Positions 1 through 10,336 of a DNA stretch of 64,000 bases are shown one piece after another. The stretch covers positions 1,504,001 to 1,568,000 of the forward strand of contig CBDCWI010000001.1 of assembly GCA_965223325.1 (NCBI GenBank). The letters are read 5' to 3'. Below the pieces are notes generated by a model that saw nothing but the letters and a program-made list of their open reading frames with translations, did not search any database and was not told the DNA's origin. The stretch is from Candidatus Multivoradales bacterium. GTDB lineage: Bacteria; Acidobacteriota; Thermoanaerobaculia; Multivoradales; Multivoraceae. Every line of letters begins with the position of its first letter. Position 1 is the first letter of the stretch. Made by a program: the position numbers and the translations under genes.

Positions 1-599
1 TCCTCAACACGCCAGAAGAGAAACCCCCCGTTCACGAGGCCGTTACGTGCCGGAAAAATCTGCGTCCCTGGGGGGTCAATCTCCATCGGAGCAGTACCGG
101 AAGGGCTCCCGTCACTCATCCAGTACGTGTTGTCGCCAACACCCCTTTCGAGGAAGACAAAGGAGTCGCCCGCTCCGAATCCATCCTTGACACTAAAGTT
201 CCCAGTGCGACCGACGACTTTACGCGTGCCGGCTCTCGTACCATCCGACGCCCAGACCTCGGCGCCCTCGTCCCGGGCGACAAGCCAGAAGAGATGCGTC
301 GAACTGCTGCGAACGTACAGCTCGTTGCTCCAGAAAGGACCGAGGCGAAACGTTCCCTCAGGCGTGCCATCGGTGCGCCACACTCCAAAGGGCTCCCCTC
401 CGCCGAAAAAGGCCACTCCATTGAGCCAAGGAACCGCTGAGTACGGCAAGAGACCGTTCTCCATGCCAGACGATAGGTCGAGTAGCACCTGAGGCGGTAG
501 CAACCTCGTTGGAGGCCCACTCCCCTGGGCCGGAGCGTCGAAGGCAACACAGGCCAGAGCGAGCAGGAGAACAGTCGGCCGGAGCTGCAGAGAGAGCAT
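1..599 (-). CDS. Secreted ELWxxDGT-repeat beta-propeller protein, runs off the left edge (not in ORF track)
   Basis: Hand translation from ATG 599: signal-like MLSLQLRPTVLLLALACVAFDAPA, then repeats VWRTDGTPEGT, EVWASDGTRAGT, YWMSDGSPSGT. Confidence 0.85.
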   Translation of the reverse strand, partial: MLSLQLRPTVLLLALACVAFDAPAQGSGPPTRLLPPQVLLDLSSGMENGLLPYSAVPWLNGVAFFGGGEPFGVWRTDGTPEGTFRLGPFWSNELYVRSSSTHLFWLVARDEGAEVWASDGTRAGTRKVVGRTGNFSVKDGFGAGDSFVFLERGVGDNTYWMSDGSPSGTAPMEIDPPGTQIFPARNGLVNGGFLFWRVE

Positions 600-753
600 C
601 TCCCATTCTATCGTGCCTTGTCGTCACCTCTCACCGGGCTGTGCGCCAATCTGCGATCTACCCCTCGCCGAATCGCCTCGGCGTGCATCGAAAGGTCTCT
701 GGCTCCGCACATCTCGGGCGGTATCCTGCGCTCGGAGACCTGGCTTACACGCC

Positions 754-782
754 ATGTAACTTACATTGGATGTAACTTACAT
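754..782. promoter_or_regulatory. Tandem pair of palindromes ATGTAA-C-TTACAT (candidate operator)
   Basis: Identical 13-mers at 754-766 and 770-782; AT-rich in a GC-rich context; upstream of the ELWxxDGT gene; minus-strand TTGACT nearby. Confidence 0.55.
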
Positions 783-831
783 GAGAGGTAAGTCAAACAA
801 GCCCCTCGCACTGTCTCTGGGACACCGTCTT

Positions 832-2118
832 TCAGCCAACTACCTCAAACGACGCACTCCAGACGTGCGCGCCCCAGCGAATCTCGATCCGGCCACTCTG
901 ACCGTCTTCTGAATTGACCTCGAACTCGAGCGCGCGCACGGGGGATTCGGCTTGCGAGTGCACCAGCGGCACAACTAGAACGTTCTTCTCCTCGTGATAC
1001 ATCGAACCCCAAACGTCTGGCAGGCTGTTCCAGACCAGGCCATAGTCGTTGCCTTCCCGACGCAGCCACAGGCTATATGCGCCCGGATAGCCCGGAGCGT
1101 GGTTCTCGGCGGGCGCGATCTGCCCGTTGCCGAAGTCGAGATCCTGGTCGGTGAGGAGCTTGATCGCCGGGTCTTCGTAGAACTCGAGGACCTGCGGTGA
1201 CGGGCCGTCGATGAACTGGGCGAAGCTGTCGCGACTCGCCGGCTCCTTGACGAAGAAGATCTGGACCAGGCCGCCTGCGATCTCCGCCTCTGCCCTCGGC
1301 CGGCCACCCGAAAGCAGCGAACCGCCCCCTCCACGACGGTTGACCGTGCCGCGCTCACCCGAGAGGTCGCCCGAGAAGCCCGCACTCGGAGCGCCGAATG
1401 TACCGACGAGATAGTCGGCTTCGCGCTTCATCGCGATCTGGAGGGCGCCGAAGCTCGCCTCGAACGACAGTACCAACTGGCCTTCGTCGTCGATCTTGGC
1501 GTCGTCGATGGGTTGGTCGCCGTTTTGACCGACGAGTAGCGCCGCCACCTTGCTCTCGCGTTCCTCGAGTATCAAGCCAAAGGAGAGACGGTTGCCCGCC
1601 AGCTCGGCATCGAGGATCCATTCACCGAGGTACTCCTCGGCTTCGTTGGCATCGAGCTGGGTAACAGCAGGAGGCACCAACTCGACGACCTTGGGTTCGG
1701 GCTTCTGGACCTCACGGACCCCACTCACCGGGAAGCTGCCCGCCGGAGTCGTGATGGTGCCGGCAAGGGAATCGCCATCGAGCGTCGCCTTGAGCGCAGA
1801 TGTGAAGCCGGAACCGTCTTCGTAGCTGCGTACTTCGAAGGTCACGGCGTTGCCCCCCCACTCGAGGTGGTTGAGAGGCTCGTCACCATCTTCTGTGAGC
1901 CACACACCCTGCATGCCACCGGCACCCGGACGAAGGCGAATAGTCGCTTCGCCGGCCTCGTCACCTGTCTCGAGTGAGAGCGTCCAGGTACCGAAGAACG
2001 GTGTGGCATCGTTGGCATCTTGCCCATGGGCCGGCAAGGGCACCAGTACAAGGAGCGACATCGTGGCCAACAGAGCCGTAGCCGCACAGAGTCCAGGAAC
2101 GACGAGACCACTTCGCAT
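832..2118 (-). CDS. Secreted protein with C-terminal DUF2911-like domain
   Basis: Signal peptide from MRSGLVVPG; two 'GxWxL' beta modules; C-terminal GAYSLWL...WGSMYH...IEIRWG pattern; start trimmed from ORF 832..2262. Confidence 0.65.
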   Translation of the reverse strand: MRSGLVVPGLCAATALLATMSLLVLVPLPAHGQDANDATPFFGTWTLSLETGDEAGEATIRLRPGAGGMQGVWLTEDGDEPLNHLEWGGNAVTFEVRSYEDGSGFTSALKATLDGDSLAGTITTPAGSFPVSGVREVQKPEPKVVELVPPAVTQLDANEAEEYLGEWILDAELAGNRLSFGLILEERESKVAALLVGQNGDQPIDDAKIDDEGQLVLSFEASFGALQIAMKREADYLVGTFGAPSAGFSGDLSGERGTVNRRGGGGSLLSGGRPRAEAEIAGGLVQIFFVKEPASRDSFAQFIDGPSPQVLEFYEDPAIKLLTDQDLDFGNGQIAPAENHAPGYPGAYSLWLRREGNDYGLVWNSLPDVWGSMYHEEKNVLVVPLVHSQAESPVRALEFEVNSEDGQSGRIEIRWGAHVWSASFEVVG

Positions 2119-2231
2119 GAGCCTTCTCCACGAGTCGTTGACGGCCAACGCGGCCGCAGCATGAGCGAATACGGCAGTGTACACAGCACCTGACCTTGGT
2201 CGAACTCCCCGCGAGACGCTCCGACGCGGGC

Positions 2232-4676
2232 TCAGAATCGCACGCGCTCGAAGGCCATCCAACGATCGCCGCTGTGAACCGGTGCCGCAAACGGTTTCCG
2301 CGCGGCTTCGAGCGCGGCGGCGACCGGTGGCAGATCTTGTAGCACGTCCATGATCAGGTGTTCGTAGGGCTCGGAAGAGGCGAGCTCGAGCACCACTTCG
2401 ACGCCCTCTGGAGGAACGGCGTACACCGTCACGGACTCGTGGGTGCCTCCGGTTGGCCGCTCCTCGCGCAGTGCGGCATCGAAGCCGGCAACCCAGGCGT
2501 TTCGGAGCCCAGCATCTCGATCGACGAACAGGCGCAGAATGCTCGCTGCACGCCTCGACTGCAAGTGCAGCGTCACCCGCTGCACTCCTTCTCGCACTTC
2601 TCGCGCAACAACCCGGGCCATCGGAATGCCCCCGGTTTCTTCGCTTTCTTCTTCACCGGCCGATGCGAGGGTCTCGGGCAGCGGTACCCAGGTGGCCTCG
2701 GCGACGAGGCCGCCATTCGGTCGGCCCGGCATCACCTGGTCGTCGTGCTCGAACTCTGCGACGTCAGAAAACGCTGGCGGTAGCGGACCGTCGGCGATCG
2801 CCCACCAGCGAGCAGTCTCGAGATCGAGATCTTGGACGTAACGAAGAGCGAGCGGCTGCTGTCGCCATTCGGTGTAGAGCGGAGTCGTTGCGACCCCGAC
2901 GAGGGCGACGAGCAACAACCCGACCGCGATCGCGAGCACCCATCCGGACTGCGACAGTCTGCCAAGCCCCGATGAAGCGCCTCCCTGCCGGCGAAAGGCA
3001 AGTGCAGGCGTCAAAGTGAGCAGGCAGAAAGCCAGCGGCACATAAAACGACGGGGCGAGTTTGTAGCCCTGCGACTCGATCATCAGCGGCACCAGGCCAA
3101 GCAGGTAGACCACGCTCGAAAGCGCTGCAACGACCGTCGCGACCACCCAGACAGGGGAGTTTCCGCCGCGATCGATCGTGGCGGCGACCAGAGTCGCAGC
3201 GCCAGCCACCAGCACCGGCACCAGGAAAGGACTCGCAGCGAGCGGCGCGACCGCCGCGATGAGAAGCGCCATCGCGGCCATCCAGAACCAGGCCCCATTG
3301 CGCATCGCTTGAAACCCGAGCCGCCGCGCCAGCGGCCCGCCAAACAACGACCAACCCATGAACGCCGACGAGAAGACCAACAAGCGCCATGGCCACTCGG
3401 TTCCTGGCCAAGAAGGCGTTGCCCCGGCAAGCCGGTGGGCCACCAGAAGCGCGAAGGCCGTGGTACCGAGAGTGGCCAACAGAACCACCAGGGCACCGAA
3501 GACCGCCAACACGCTTCGACCGAGAGAACTCGAACCCCGCCCACCGAGCGCTCCAATCACGAGCAACAACGTCCCCAGGATCGCCAGCGGCAGCGACAGC
3601 GACTCGCGCCACATCGCCCAGACGTCGAGCATCGTGGTGTAGGAGTACTCACCGTCGATCTCCTCGAGATCTCGTTCGACGAGCGCACGCATGAGCGGCA
3701 GGATGTTGTCGCCGTGGTGTTGCAACGTGCCGAGATCGAGGTTCTCGACTCGGTCGAGCGGCGAGTGGTAGTGCGGGCGCTCGGCGGCGAATGCGAAGTC
3801 GAGCCCCTTCTTGCCGGCGCGAATGGCGACCGAAAAGTCGGTGTCGTTCGGCATACGCCTGAAGATCTCGGTGGCGATCGAGCTCGCCATCGGATGCGGC
3901 GCGGCTTCACGATAGAGCTTGACCAGATCACCACTGCCGGGGCTGCTGCGCAGGAGATTGCTCGGTCCCGCGGTTCCCGACCCTTCAATATTGATCACCA
4001 CCGCCACCTGCTCGCGCGCGGGGTGCTGTCCGAAGAACGCTTCGGCACCAAACAGCCCCTCTTCCTCACCGTCGGTGATCACCGCCTGAACAGTGTTGCG
4101 AAAGCGCCGGCCGAGCGTCCGCTGCTCTCTGGCCAGGGCACGCATCACTTCGATGATCGTCGCCACCCCAGCGCCATCGTCGCCCGCGCCGGGCGCATCG
4201 GTCGTCGAGTCGTAGTGCGCCATCAACACGATGCTGGCCGGCGACTCACCGGGTAAGACTCCGATGACGTTTTCTACGAAGCCGCAGTGGGCGACATTGC
4301 GAATGCAGACCATCGCCCGCTGTTCGGCTACCTGGGTCCCGGCCTCGTCGAGCTTCTCGATCACCCGCCTTTTCACGGCGCGGTTCGCCGCGCTGCCCAT
4401 TGGATGAGGTTTCTGGTCACCCAGGAGGTAAGCCAGAGTGTCGCGCGCCTCGAGCGCCGAAAAGCGGTCGGAATCGGTCCCCGTGCGGCCTCTGTCGACG
4501 GGTTCGGGGACCTCCGCTGCGGTCCAGGTCAGGAGCGCCGCAAGCGCCGCAAAGAAAAGCGACAGCGGTAGGACGTATGAACCAAGGCGCGGCTCTCTCG
4601 CACCAGAACGAGGTGGGCTGGCCTCCATGGACGGCTCCTGGATGGGTCGTTCTCTAGCAGAATTCGAGGGGGCCAC
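2232..4676 (-). CDS. M28 family peptidase with multi-TM region (ERMP1-like)
   Basis: AHYDS, GAGDDGAG, DGEEEGLFG, NDTDF, HYHSPLD motifs followed by about 8 hydrophobic helices; start may be ATG 4628. Confidence 0.9.
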   Translation of the reverse strand: MAPSNSARERPIQEPSMEASPPRSGAREPRLGSYVLPLSLFFAALAALLTWTAAEVPEPVDRGRTGTDSDRFSALEARDTLAYLLGDQKPHPMGSAANRAVKRRVIEKLDEAGTQVAEQRAMVCIRNVAHCGFVENVIGVLPGESPASIVLMAHYDSTTDAPGAGDDGAGVATIIEVMRALAREQRTLGRRFRNTVQAVITDGEEEGLFGAEAFFGQHPAREQVAVVINIEGSGTAGPSNLLRSSPGSGDLVKLYREAAPHPMASSIATEIFRRMPNDTDFSVAIRAGKKGLDFAFAAERPHYHSPLDRVENLDLGTLQHHGDNILPLMRALVERDLEEIDGEYSYTTMLDVWAMWRESLSLPLAILGTLLLVIGALGGRGSSSLGRSVLAVFGALVVLLATLGTTAFALLVAHRLAGATPSWPGTEWPWRLLVFSSAFMGWSLFGGPLARRLGFQAMRNGAWFWMAAMALLIAAVAPLAASPFLVPVLVAGAATLVAATIDRGGNSPVWVVATVVAALSSVVYLLGLVPLMIESQGYKLAPSFYVPLAFCLLTLTPALAFRRQGGASSGLGRLSQSGWVLAIAVGLLLVALVGVATTPLYTEWRQQPLALRYVQDLDLETARWWAIADGPLPPAFSDVAEFEHDDQVMPGRPNGGLVAEATWVPLPETLASAGEEESEETGGIPMARVVAREVREGVQRVTLHLQSRRAASILRLFVDRDAGLRNAWVAGFDAALREERPTGGTHESVTVYAVPPEGVEVVLELASSEPYEHLIMDVLQDLPPVAAALEAARKPFAAPVHSGDRWMAFERVRF

Positions 4677-4820
4677 GGCAGTCTACCGATGTCCCGTCCC
4701 CTCCCCGAGACGCCGTCCCACGCTCGCCAGCCGCCGGCCTCCTTGCATAGCACGGCAGCTCCTCCTACCATCCAGCGGATACCCTGAGCCAACGCAACTA
4801 CTCTCCCAGGAGACTTCTGC

Positions 4821-5567
4821 ATGGACATTCTCGTTGCCGAGATCGTCGGCACCGCCATTCTGATCGTCATCGGCTGCGGCGTGAACGCCAACGTCAGCCT
4901 CGGGCGCACCAACGGCCACGGTTCCGGCTGGATCGTCATCACGACCGGGTGGGGACTCGCCGTTGCAATGGGCGCCTACGCCGTCGGTCGCCTGAGCGGG
5001 GCCCACTTGAACCCGGCGGTCACCCTTGGCCTGTGGTCGATCGGCGAGGTCGAAACCGCCAAGCTCCTGCCCTACATTGCGGGTGAGATGATCGGCGCAT
5101 TCCTGGGAGCAGTGATCGTCTGGGTGGCCTACAAGAACCACTTCGACGCCACTTCCGACCCCGACGCCAAACTCGGCACCTTCTCGACCGCGCCGTCGAT
5201 CCCGAACACGCCCTGGAACTTCGCCACCGAGTTCATCGGCACGTTTGTCTTGATGTTCGGCATCCTCGCCATTGGCGCCAACGCCGGTGAGATGACCAAC
5301 GGCGACTTCGACCTGTCCTCGGTCTTCAGCTCGGGGATCAACCCGCTGCTCGTCGGCTTCCTGGTCTGGGCGATTGGCCTGGCAATCGGTGGGCCCACCG
5401 GCTACGCCATCAACCCCGCCCGCGACCTCGGGCCGCGCATCGCGCACGCGATCCTGCCCATTCCCGCCAAACGCGACTCGAACTGGGGCTACGCCTGGCT
5501 ACCGGTGGTCGCACCCATCGCCGGCGGCGTCGCCGGTGCAATGGTGTTTCAGATGTTGGGGTTCTAG
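4821..5567 (+). CDS. glpF: Glycerol uptake facilitator (MIP family)
   Basis: SGAHLNPAVT and GYAINPARDLGPR NPA motifs; adjacent to glpK; AGGAG RBS. Confidence 0.95.
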   Translation: MDILVAEIVGTAILIVIGCGVNANVSLGRTNGHGSGWIVITTGWGLAVAMGAYAVGRLSGAHLNPAVTLGLWSIGEVETAKLLPYIAGEMIGAFLGAVIVWVAYKNHFDATSDPDAKLGTFSTAPSIPNTPWNFATEFIGTFVLMFGILAIGANAGEMTNGDFDLSSVFSSGINPLLVGFLVWAIGLAIGGPTGYAINPARDLGPRIAHAILPIPAKRDSNWGYAWLPVVAPIAGGVAGAMVFQMLGF

Positions 5568-5570
5568 ACG

Positions 5571-7076
5571 ATGGCACGCTACGTACTCGCCCTCGACCAG
5601 GGCACGACCTCGAGCCGCAGCATCCTCTTCACCAAGAAGGGCCTGGTGAAGGCAACTGCTCAGCGCGAGTTTCCGCAGCTGTTTCCCGAACCGGGGCACG
5701 TCGAACACGACCCCGAAGCGATTTGGAAGAGTCAGTTGCGAACGGCCCGTGCGGCAATCAAGAAGGCCAAGGCAAGGCCCGGCGACATCGCCGCTATCGG
5801 CATCACCAACCAGCGCGAGACCATCGTCTTGTGGGACCGCAACACGGGCAAGCCGGTCGCCAACGCCATCGTCTGGCAGAGCCGCATCACCGCGCCGCTG
5901 TGCGAGAAGCTCAAAGCGGCAGGTCATGAGGCGACGTTCCGCCGCAAGACCGGCCTGGTGCTCGACCCGTACTTCTCGGGTACCAAGATCCGTTACCTGC
6001 TGGACAAGCACAAGCTGCACGCCAGAGCGCGGCGCGGTGAGATCCTCGCGGGCACGATCGACACCTTCTTGCTATGGCGCTTGACCGGCGGTCGCGTGCA
6101 CGCGACCGACCCGTCGAACGCCAGCCGCACCCTGCTGTTCAACATCCGCACGCAGAAGTGGGACAAGAAGCTCCTCGACATCATGGGAGTTCCGCGCAAG
6201 ATGCTGCCCGAGGTGCGCGACTCGAGTGGCGTCTTCGGTCACACAGACGAAAAACTCTTCGGGAAGGCCATCCCGATTGCCGGAATCGCTGGCGATCAGC
6301 AGGCCGCTACCTTCGGCCAGACCTGCTTCAAGAAGGGCATGGTCAAGAACACCTACGGCACCGGTTGCTTCATCTTGATGAACACCGGTGATGCGGCGGT
6401 GACCTCGAAGAACGGGCTCTTGACCACGGTCGGCTGGCGAATCAGCGGCCGCGTGACCTATTGCCTCGAGGGCTCGGTGTTCGTTGGCGGTGCGGCGGTG
6501 CAGTGGCTGCGCGACGGACTCGGTTTGATCTCCAAATCAACCGACGTCGAAAAACTGGCGCGCACCGTCCCCGACAATGGCGGGATCTACATGGTACCCG
6601 CCTTCGTCGGCCTCGGTACTCCGCACTGGGATCCTTATGCGCGCGGCCTGATCATCGGGCTCGAGCGCGGGACCACCGCCGGTCATGTCGCCCGGGCGAC
6701 CGTCGAGTCGATGGCCTTTCAGAGTCGCGATGTGGTGAGCGCCATGGAGGCCGACGCCGGTGTGCGCCTAAAAAGCGTCCGCGTCGACGGCGGCGCGGTG
6801 ATCAACAACGACCTGATGCAGTTCCAGGCCGACCTCTTCGGTCGTCCAATCCAACGCCCCCAGGTCCAGGAAACGACCGCTCTGGGTGCCGCCTACCTCG
6901 CCGGCCTGGCGGTTGGGTTCTGGAAGAACACCCGTGACCTCGAGGCCAACTGGAACCTCGACCGCGAGTTTCGTTCGCAGATTCACGCCAGCAAGCGCAA
7001 GAAGATGGTCGGCCAGTGGCAGCGCGCGGTTGAACGCTCGAAGGGCTGGGCTGACCCGAGCATTGCGACGCCGTGA
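5571..7076 (+). CDS. glpK: Glycerol kinase
   Basis: ALDQGTTSSR, GITNQRET, DPYFSGTK, GDQQAA, KNTYGTGCF, ETTALGAAYLAG. Confidence 0.97.
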   Translation: MARYVLALDQGTTSSRSILFTKKGLVKATAQREFPQLFPEPGHVEHDPEAIWKSQLRTARAAIKKAKARPGDIAAIGITNQRETIVLWDRNTGKPVANAIVWQSRITAPLCEKLKAAGHEATFRRKTGLVLDPYFSGTKIRYLLDKHKLHARARRGEILAGTIDTFLLWRLTGGRVHATDPSNASRTLLFNIRTQKWDKKLLDIMGVPRKMLPEVRDSSGVFGHTDEKLFGKAIPIAGIAGDQQAATFGQTCFKKGMVKNTYGTGCFILMNTGDAAVTSKNGLLTTVGWRISGRVTYCLEGSVFVGGAAVQWLRDGLGLISKSTDVEKLARTVPDNGGIYMVPAFVGLGTPHWDPYARGLIIGLERGTTAGHVARATVESMAFQSRDVVSAMEADAGVRLKSVRVDGGAVINNDLMQFQADLFGRPIQRPQVQETTALGAAYLAGLAVGFWKNTRDLEANWNLDREFRSQIHASKRKKMVGQWQRAVERSKGWADPSIATP

Positions 7077-8497
7077 GTATCTCCCTCGGCTTTCATGGTG
7101 CAGCGCGCACGGTTACCGGTTCGCGCTATCTGCTCGATCTAGACGGCAACCGCACGGTCATCGACTGCGGCCTCTTTCAAGGTCATAAGGCGCTACGCAA
7201 ACTGAACTGGCGCGAGCCTCCGTTCGAGCCCGGCTCGGTCGATCGCGTGCTTCTGACCCACGCCCACATCGACCACATCGGCGCTCTGCCGCGACTCGTC
7301 AAGCAGGGGTTCTCGGGCCCGGTGCACTGCACGTCGGCGACCCGGGAGTTGGCGAAGATTCTGCTCGTCGACTCGGCCGAGATCCACGAAGAGGACGCGC
7401 GCTATGCCAACAAGAAGAAGTACAGCAAGCACGACCCTGCGCTGCCGCTCTACACCGTTTCGGACGCGAAGCAGACTCTCAAGCTGCTCGAGAAGGTCCA
7501 GCTCGACAAATGGGTACCGCTCGGGAAGTCGAAGGGTGGTGTGGCAGGCCGGGCGCGCTACGTCACCGCTGGTCACATTCTCGGTTCGACCTCGATCGAG
7601 GTAGTCATCGAGCGCAAAGGCAAGAAGGACATCACCATTGTCTTCAGCGGCGACGTCGGCCGTTACGACATGCCCCTGCACGTCGACCCGACGCCGTGCC
7701 CGCCGTGCGACGTCTTGATCTGCGAGTCGACCTACGGCAGCCGTGACCACAACGACATCGTGCCGGTACCGGAACAACTTCGGATGGCCATCCAGGGCAC
7801 CATCGATCGGGGCGGTACGGTGCTGATCCCGGCGTTTGCGGTCGGTCGATCGCAACAGCTCACCTACATCATTCGCGAGCTCATCCAGGACGGCGAGCTG
7901 CCCGACATCCCGATTCACATCGACAGTCCGATGGCGGTCGACGCGACGCACATCTACGGTCAGCACATGAACGAGCACCAGCTCGACCCCGAAGTCTTCG
8001 AGCACGGCAAGAGCCGCCTGTTTCCCGACCACGTCGATCTTTGCCGCTCGGTCAAGCAGTCGAAGGCGTTGAACGACAAGCCGGGGCCGCGCGTGATCAT
8101 CTCGGCGAGCGGCATGATGACGGCAGGTCGCGTAGTTCATCATCTTGCGCGCCTGGCGGGCGACCGCAAGAACCTGATCATGGTCGCTGGCTACCAGGCG
8201 GCCGGAACGCGCGGTCGTCAGTTGCTCGACGGCAGGCCGACCATTCGCATGCATGGCCGGGAGATCAAAGTGCGGGCGCGCATCATGTCGTTGCACGGCC
8301 TTTCGGCGCATGCCGGGCGCGACGAACTGATGCGTTTCGTCACCGGAGGTGGCGCGGCCCCGCACAAGGTGTACCTGACCCACGGCGAACCCGAGTCGTC
8401 GTTTGCGCTGGCGCAGCTGTTTGAGTCGGAGCTCAATTGGGACGCCGAAGTGCCAGAGCTCGACGAGGTCATCGATCTCGAGCAGCTCGTCGACTGA
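7073..8497 (+). CDS. MBL-fold beta-CASP ribonuclease (TTHA0252/YSH1-like)
   Basis: VTGSRY, LTHAHIDHIG, GHILGS, FSGD, ESTYG, GYQAAGTRGR, LSAHA, THGE. Confidence 0.92.
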   Translation: MSISLGFHGAARTVTGSRYLLDLDGNRTVIDCGLFQGHKALRKLNWREPPFEPGSVDRVLLTHAHIDHIGALPRLVKQGFSGPVHCTSATRELAKILLVDSAEIHEEDARYANKKKYSKHDPALPLYTVSDAKQTLKLLEKVQLDKWVPLGKSKGGVAGRARYVTAGHILGSTSIEVVIERKGKKDITIVFSGDVGRYDMPLHVDPTPCPPCDVLICESTYGSRDHNDIVPVPEQLRMAIQGTIDRGGTVLIPAFAVGRSQQLTYIIRELIQDGELPDIPIHIDSPMAVDATHIYGQHMNEHQLDPEVFEHGKSRLFPDHVDLCRSVKQSKALNDKPGPRVIISASGMMTAGRVVHHLARLAGDRKNLIMVAGYQAAGTRGRQLLDGRPTIRMHGREIKVRARIMSLHGLSAHAGRDELMRFVTGGGAAPHKVYLTHGEPESSFALAQLFESELNWDAEVPELDEVIDLEQLVD

Positions 8498-8679
8498 GGA
8501 GGCAGGTCGCGGGCGCATGAGGGACGAACCGCCGCGACGCAGCGACGGGTCGCGAAAGAGTGGCCTGCTCCTGGTCTAGCGCAAGGCGCCGTCGCGAGTT
8601 CCACCCCACCCTGAAACATCTGCCGGGCACGGTCGTTCTCTCGAGTAGCTATCTCACTCCCAAAGCTCGAGGACACCTC

Positions 8680-10281
8680 ATGCGCAACCTAGAAGTCCTG
8701 TTCGTCGTAGTCGTCAGCTGCCTGGTCGCGGCCGGCTCCGCTGCCGCGACCGGTATCGCACCGCCGCCGAACGCGGAAGTTCCAGAAACGGTGACCTTCG
8801 CGCGGGACGTCGCGCCCATCCTCTTCGAGCACTGCTCGAGCTGCCATCGGCCGGGAGACATCGCCCCGATGGCCCTCCTCAGCTACGACGAAGCGCGTCC
8901 GTGGGCCAAGAGCATCCAGCGCGCCGTAGTGTCTGGAGATATGCCGCCGTGGGGCGCTAGTGCCGCGCACGGTCGGTTCAAGAACGACCGCACACTGAGC
9001 ACCCACGAGATCGCGGTGATCGATCGTTGGGTGACACAGGGGGCGAAACCAGGTGACCCGAAAGACATGCCGGCGCCACCCGAGTTCACCAAAGACTGGC
9101 GACTGGGAGAGCCAGATCTCATCGTTCGCTTCGACCAGGTCGAGCTCTCGGCGGGCGGCCCTGACGTCTTTAGAGATCTGTTCAGGAAAGCCGATCTCGA
9201 AGAGGATCGTTGGCTCCGCGCGGTCGAGGTCAGGCCAGGCAACCGAGAGGTTCTGCACCACGTGATTCTGTTTGCCGCTCTGGGCAACGGCCCACCGGAG
9301 AGTGGCTGGCTGGGAGCCTGGGCCGCAGGAATGGCACCGATGGAGTTCCCGCCGGGGACCGGCAAACGCGTCGGCAAAGGAAGCGTTCTGGTCGCCGACA
9401 TGCACTATCACCCGGCGGATGAGCCAACGACCGACCAGACCGAGATCGGTCTCTACTTCTACGACGAAGCGCCGGCCGCGGAGCTGCAGAACATCTGGAT
9501 CCAGAACGCCGCCTTCAAGATTCCTGCCGGGGCCGCCAACCACGAGGTGCGCGCAACCTACACCTTCGAGAACCCGGGGTCGATCCACGGCCTGCTGCCC
9601 CATATGCACTATCGCGGCAAAGACTTCACATACATCGCACACTATCCAGACGGCACCAGCGAGACGCTTCTCGAGGTCAACGACTACGACTTCAACTGGC
9701 AAACCCTCTACGAACTGGCGGAACCAGTCGAGATCCCGGCCGGAACCAAAGTCGAGTGCATCGCACACTACGACAACTCAACCGGCAACCCTGCCAACCC
9801 CGACCCCACCCGCGACGTCACCTTCGGCGACGAGTCCTACGACGAAATGATGATCGGCTTCGTCGACTTCACGGTTGCCGACGGGGTCGTCGTATTGCCG
9901 ATGGCAGAGCGGCTGCGCCAGGCGGCGACCGAAGCGGCTCTCGCTTCACCCGACGCATCGTTCTGGGTCTCGATCTGGGAGAGCGACGATCCCGATGAGA
10001 GAATCCCCGGTCTCTTCGTCATACCCGGAGATGGCGGCGGCACGCTCAAGATGCCGATGAACGGTCAACTGCTCGATGCGACCCTCGAGATCGTTCACGA
10101 CGGCGACCTTTTCGCGGGCACTCTGGCGATTCCTTTTGGCGAGTTCCCGATCTCGGGCACGATCGCGAACGGAGCGTTGCGAGGCGAGATCGACCTCTCG
10201 GCGGCGGGCGAAGAGACCGTTTTGTTCGAAGGTGGTCTCGCACGCAAAGCCCCAATCCCTGGAACACCCGAAGCGCCCTGA
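8680..10281 (+). CDS. Secreted cytochrome c / copper type II (PHM-like) monooxygenase-domain protein
   Basis: Signal peptide; CSSCH heme motif; VLHHVIL, MHYH, PHMHYRG, DEMM; YDFNWQ; GAGGA RBS before ATG 8680. Confidence 0.8.
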   Translation: MRNLEVLFVVVVSCLVAAGSAAATGIAPPPNAEVPETVTFARDVAPILFEHCSSCHRPGDIAPMALLSYDEARPWAKSIQRAVVSGDMPPWGASAAHGRFKNDRTLSTHEIAVIDRWVTQGAKPGDPKDMPAPPEFTKDWRLGEPDLIVRFDQVELSAGGPDVFRDLFRKADLEEDRWLRAVEVRPGNREVLHHVILFAALGNGPPESGWLGAWAAGMAPMEFPPGTGKRVGKGSVLVADMHYHPADEPTTDQTEIGLYFYDEAPAAELQNIWIQNAAFKIPAGAANHEVRATYTFENPGSIHGLLPHMHYRGKDFTYIAHYPDGTSETLLEVNDYDFNWQTLYELAEPVEIPAGTKVECIAHYDNSTGNPANPDPTRDVTFGDESYDEMMIGFVDFTVADGVVVLPMAERLRQAATEAALASPDASFWVSIWESDDPDERIPGLFVIPGDGGGTLKMPMNGQLLDATLEIVHDGDLFAGTLAIPFGEFPISGTIANGALRGEIDLSAAGEETVLFEGGLARKAPIPGTPEAP

Positions 10282-10336
10282 CCGAGCCTCACCCGCCAAA
10301 GCGCCGACTCTTCCACGGAAGGGTTAGAGTCTTGCC

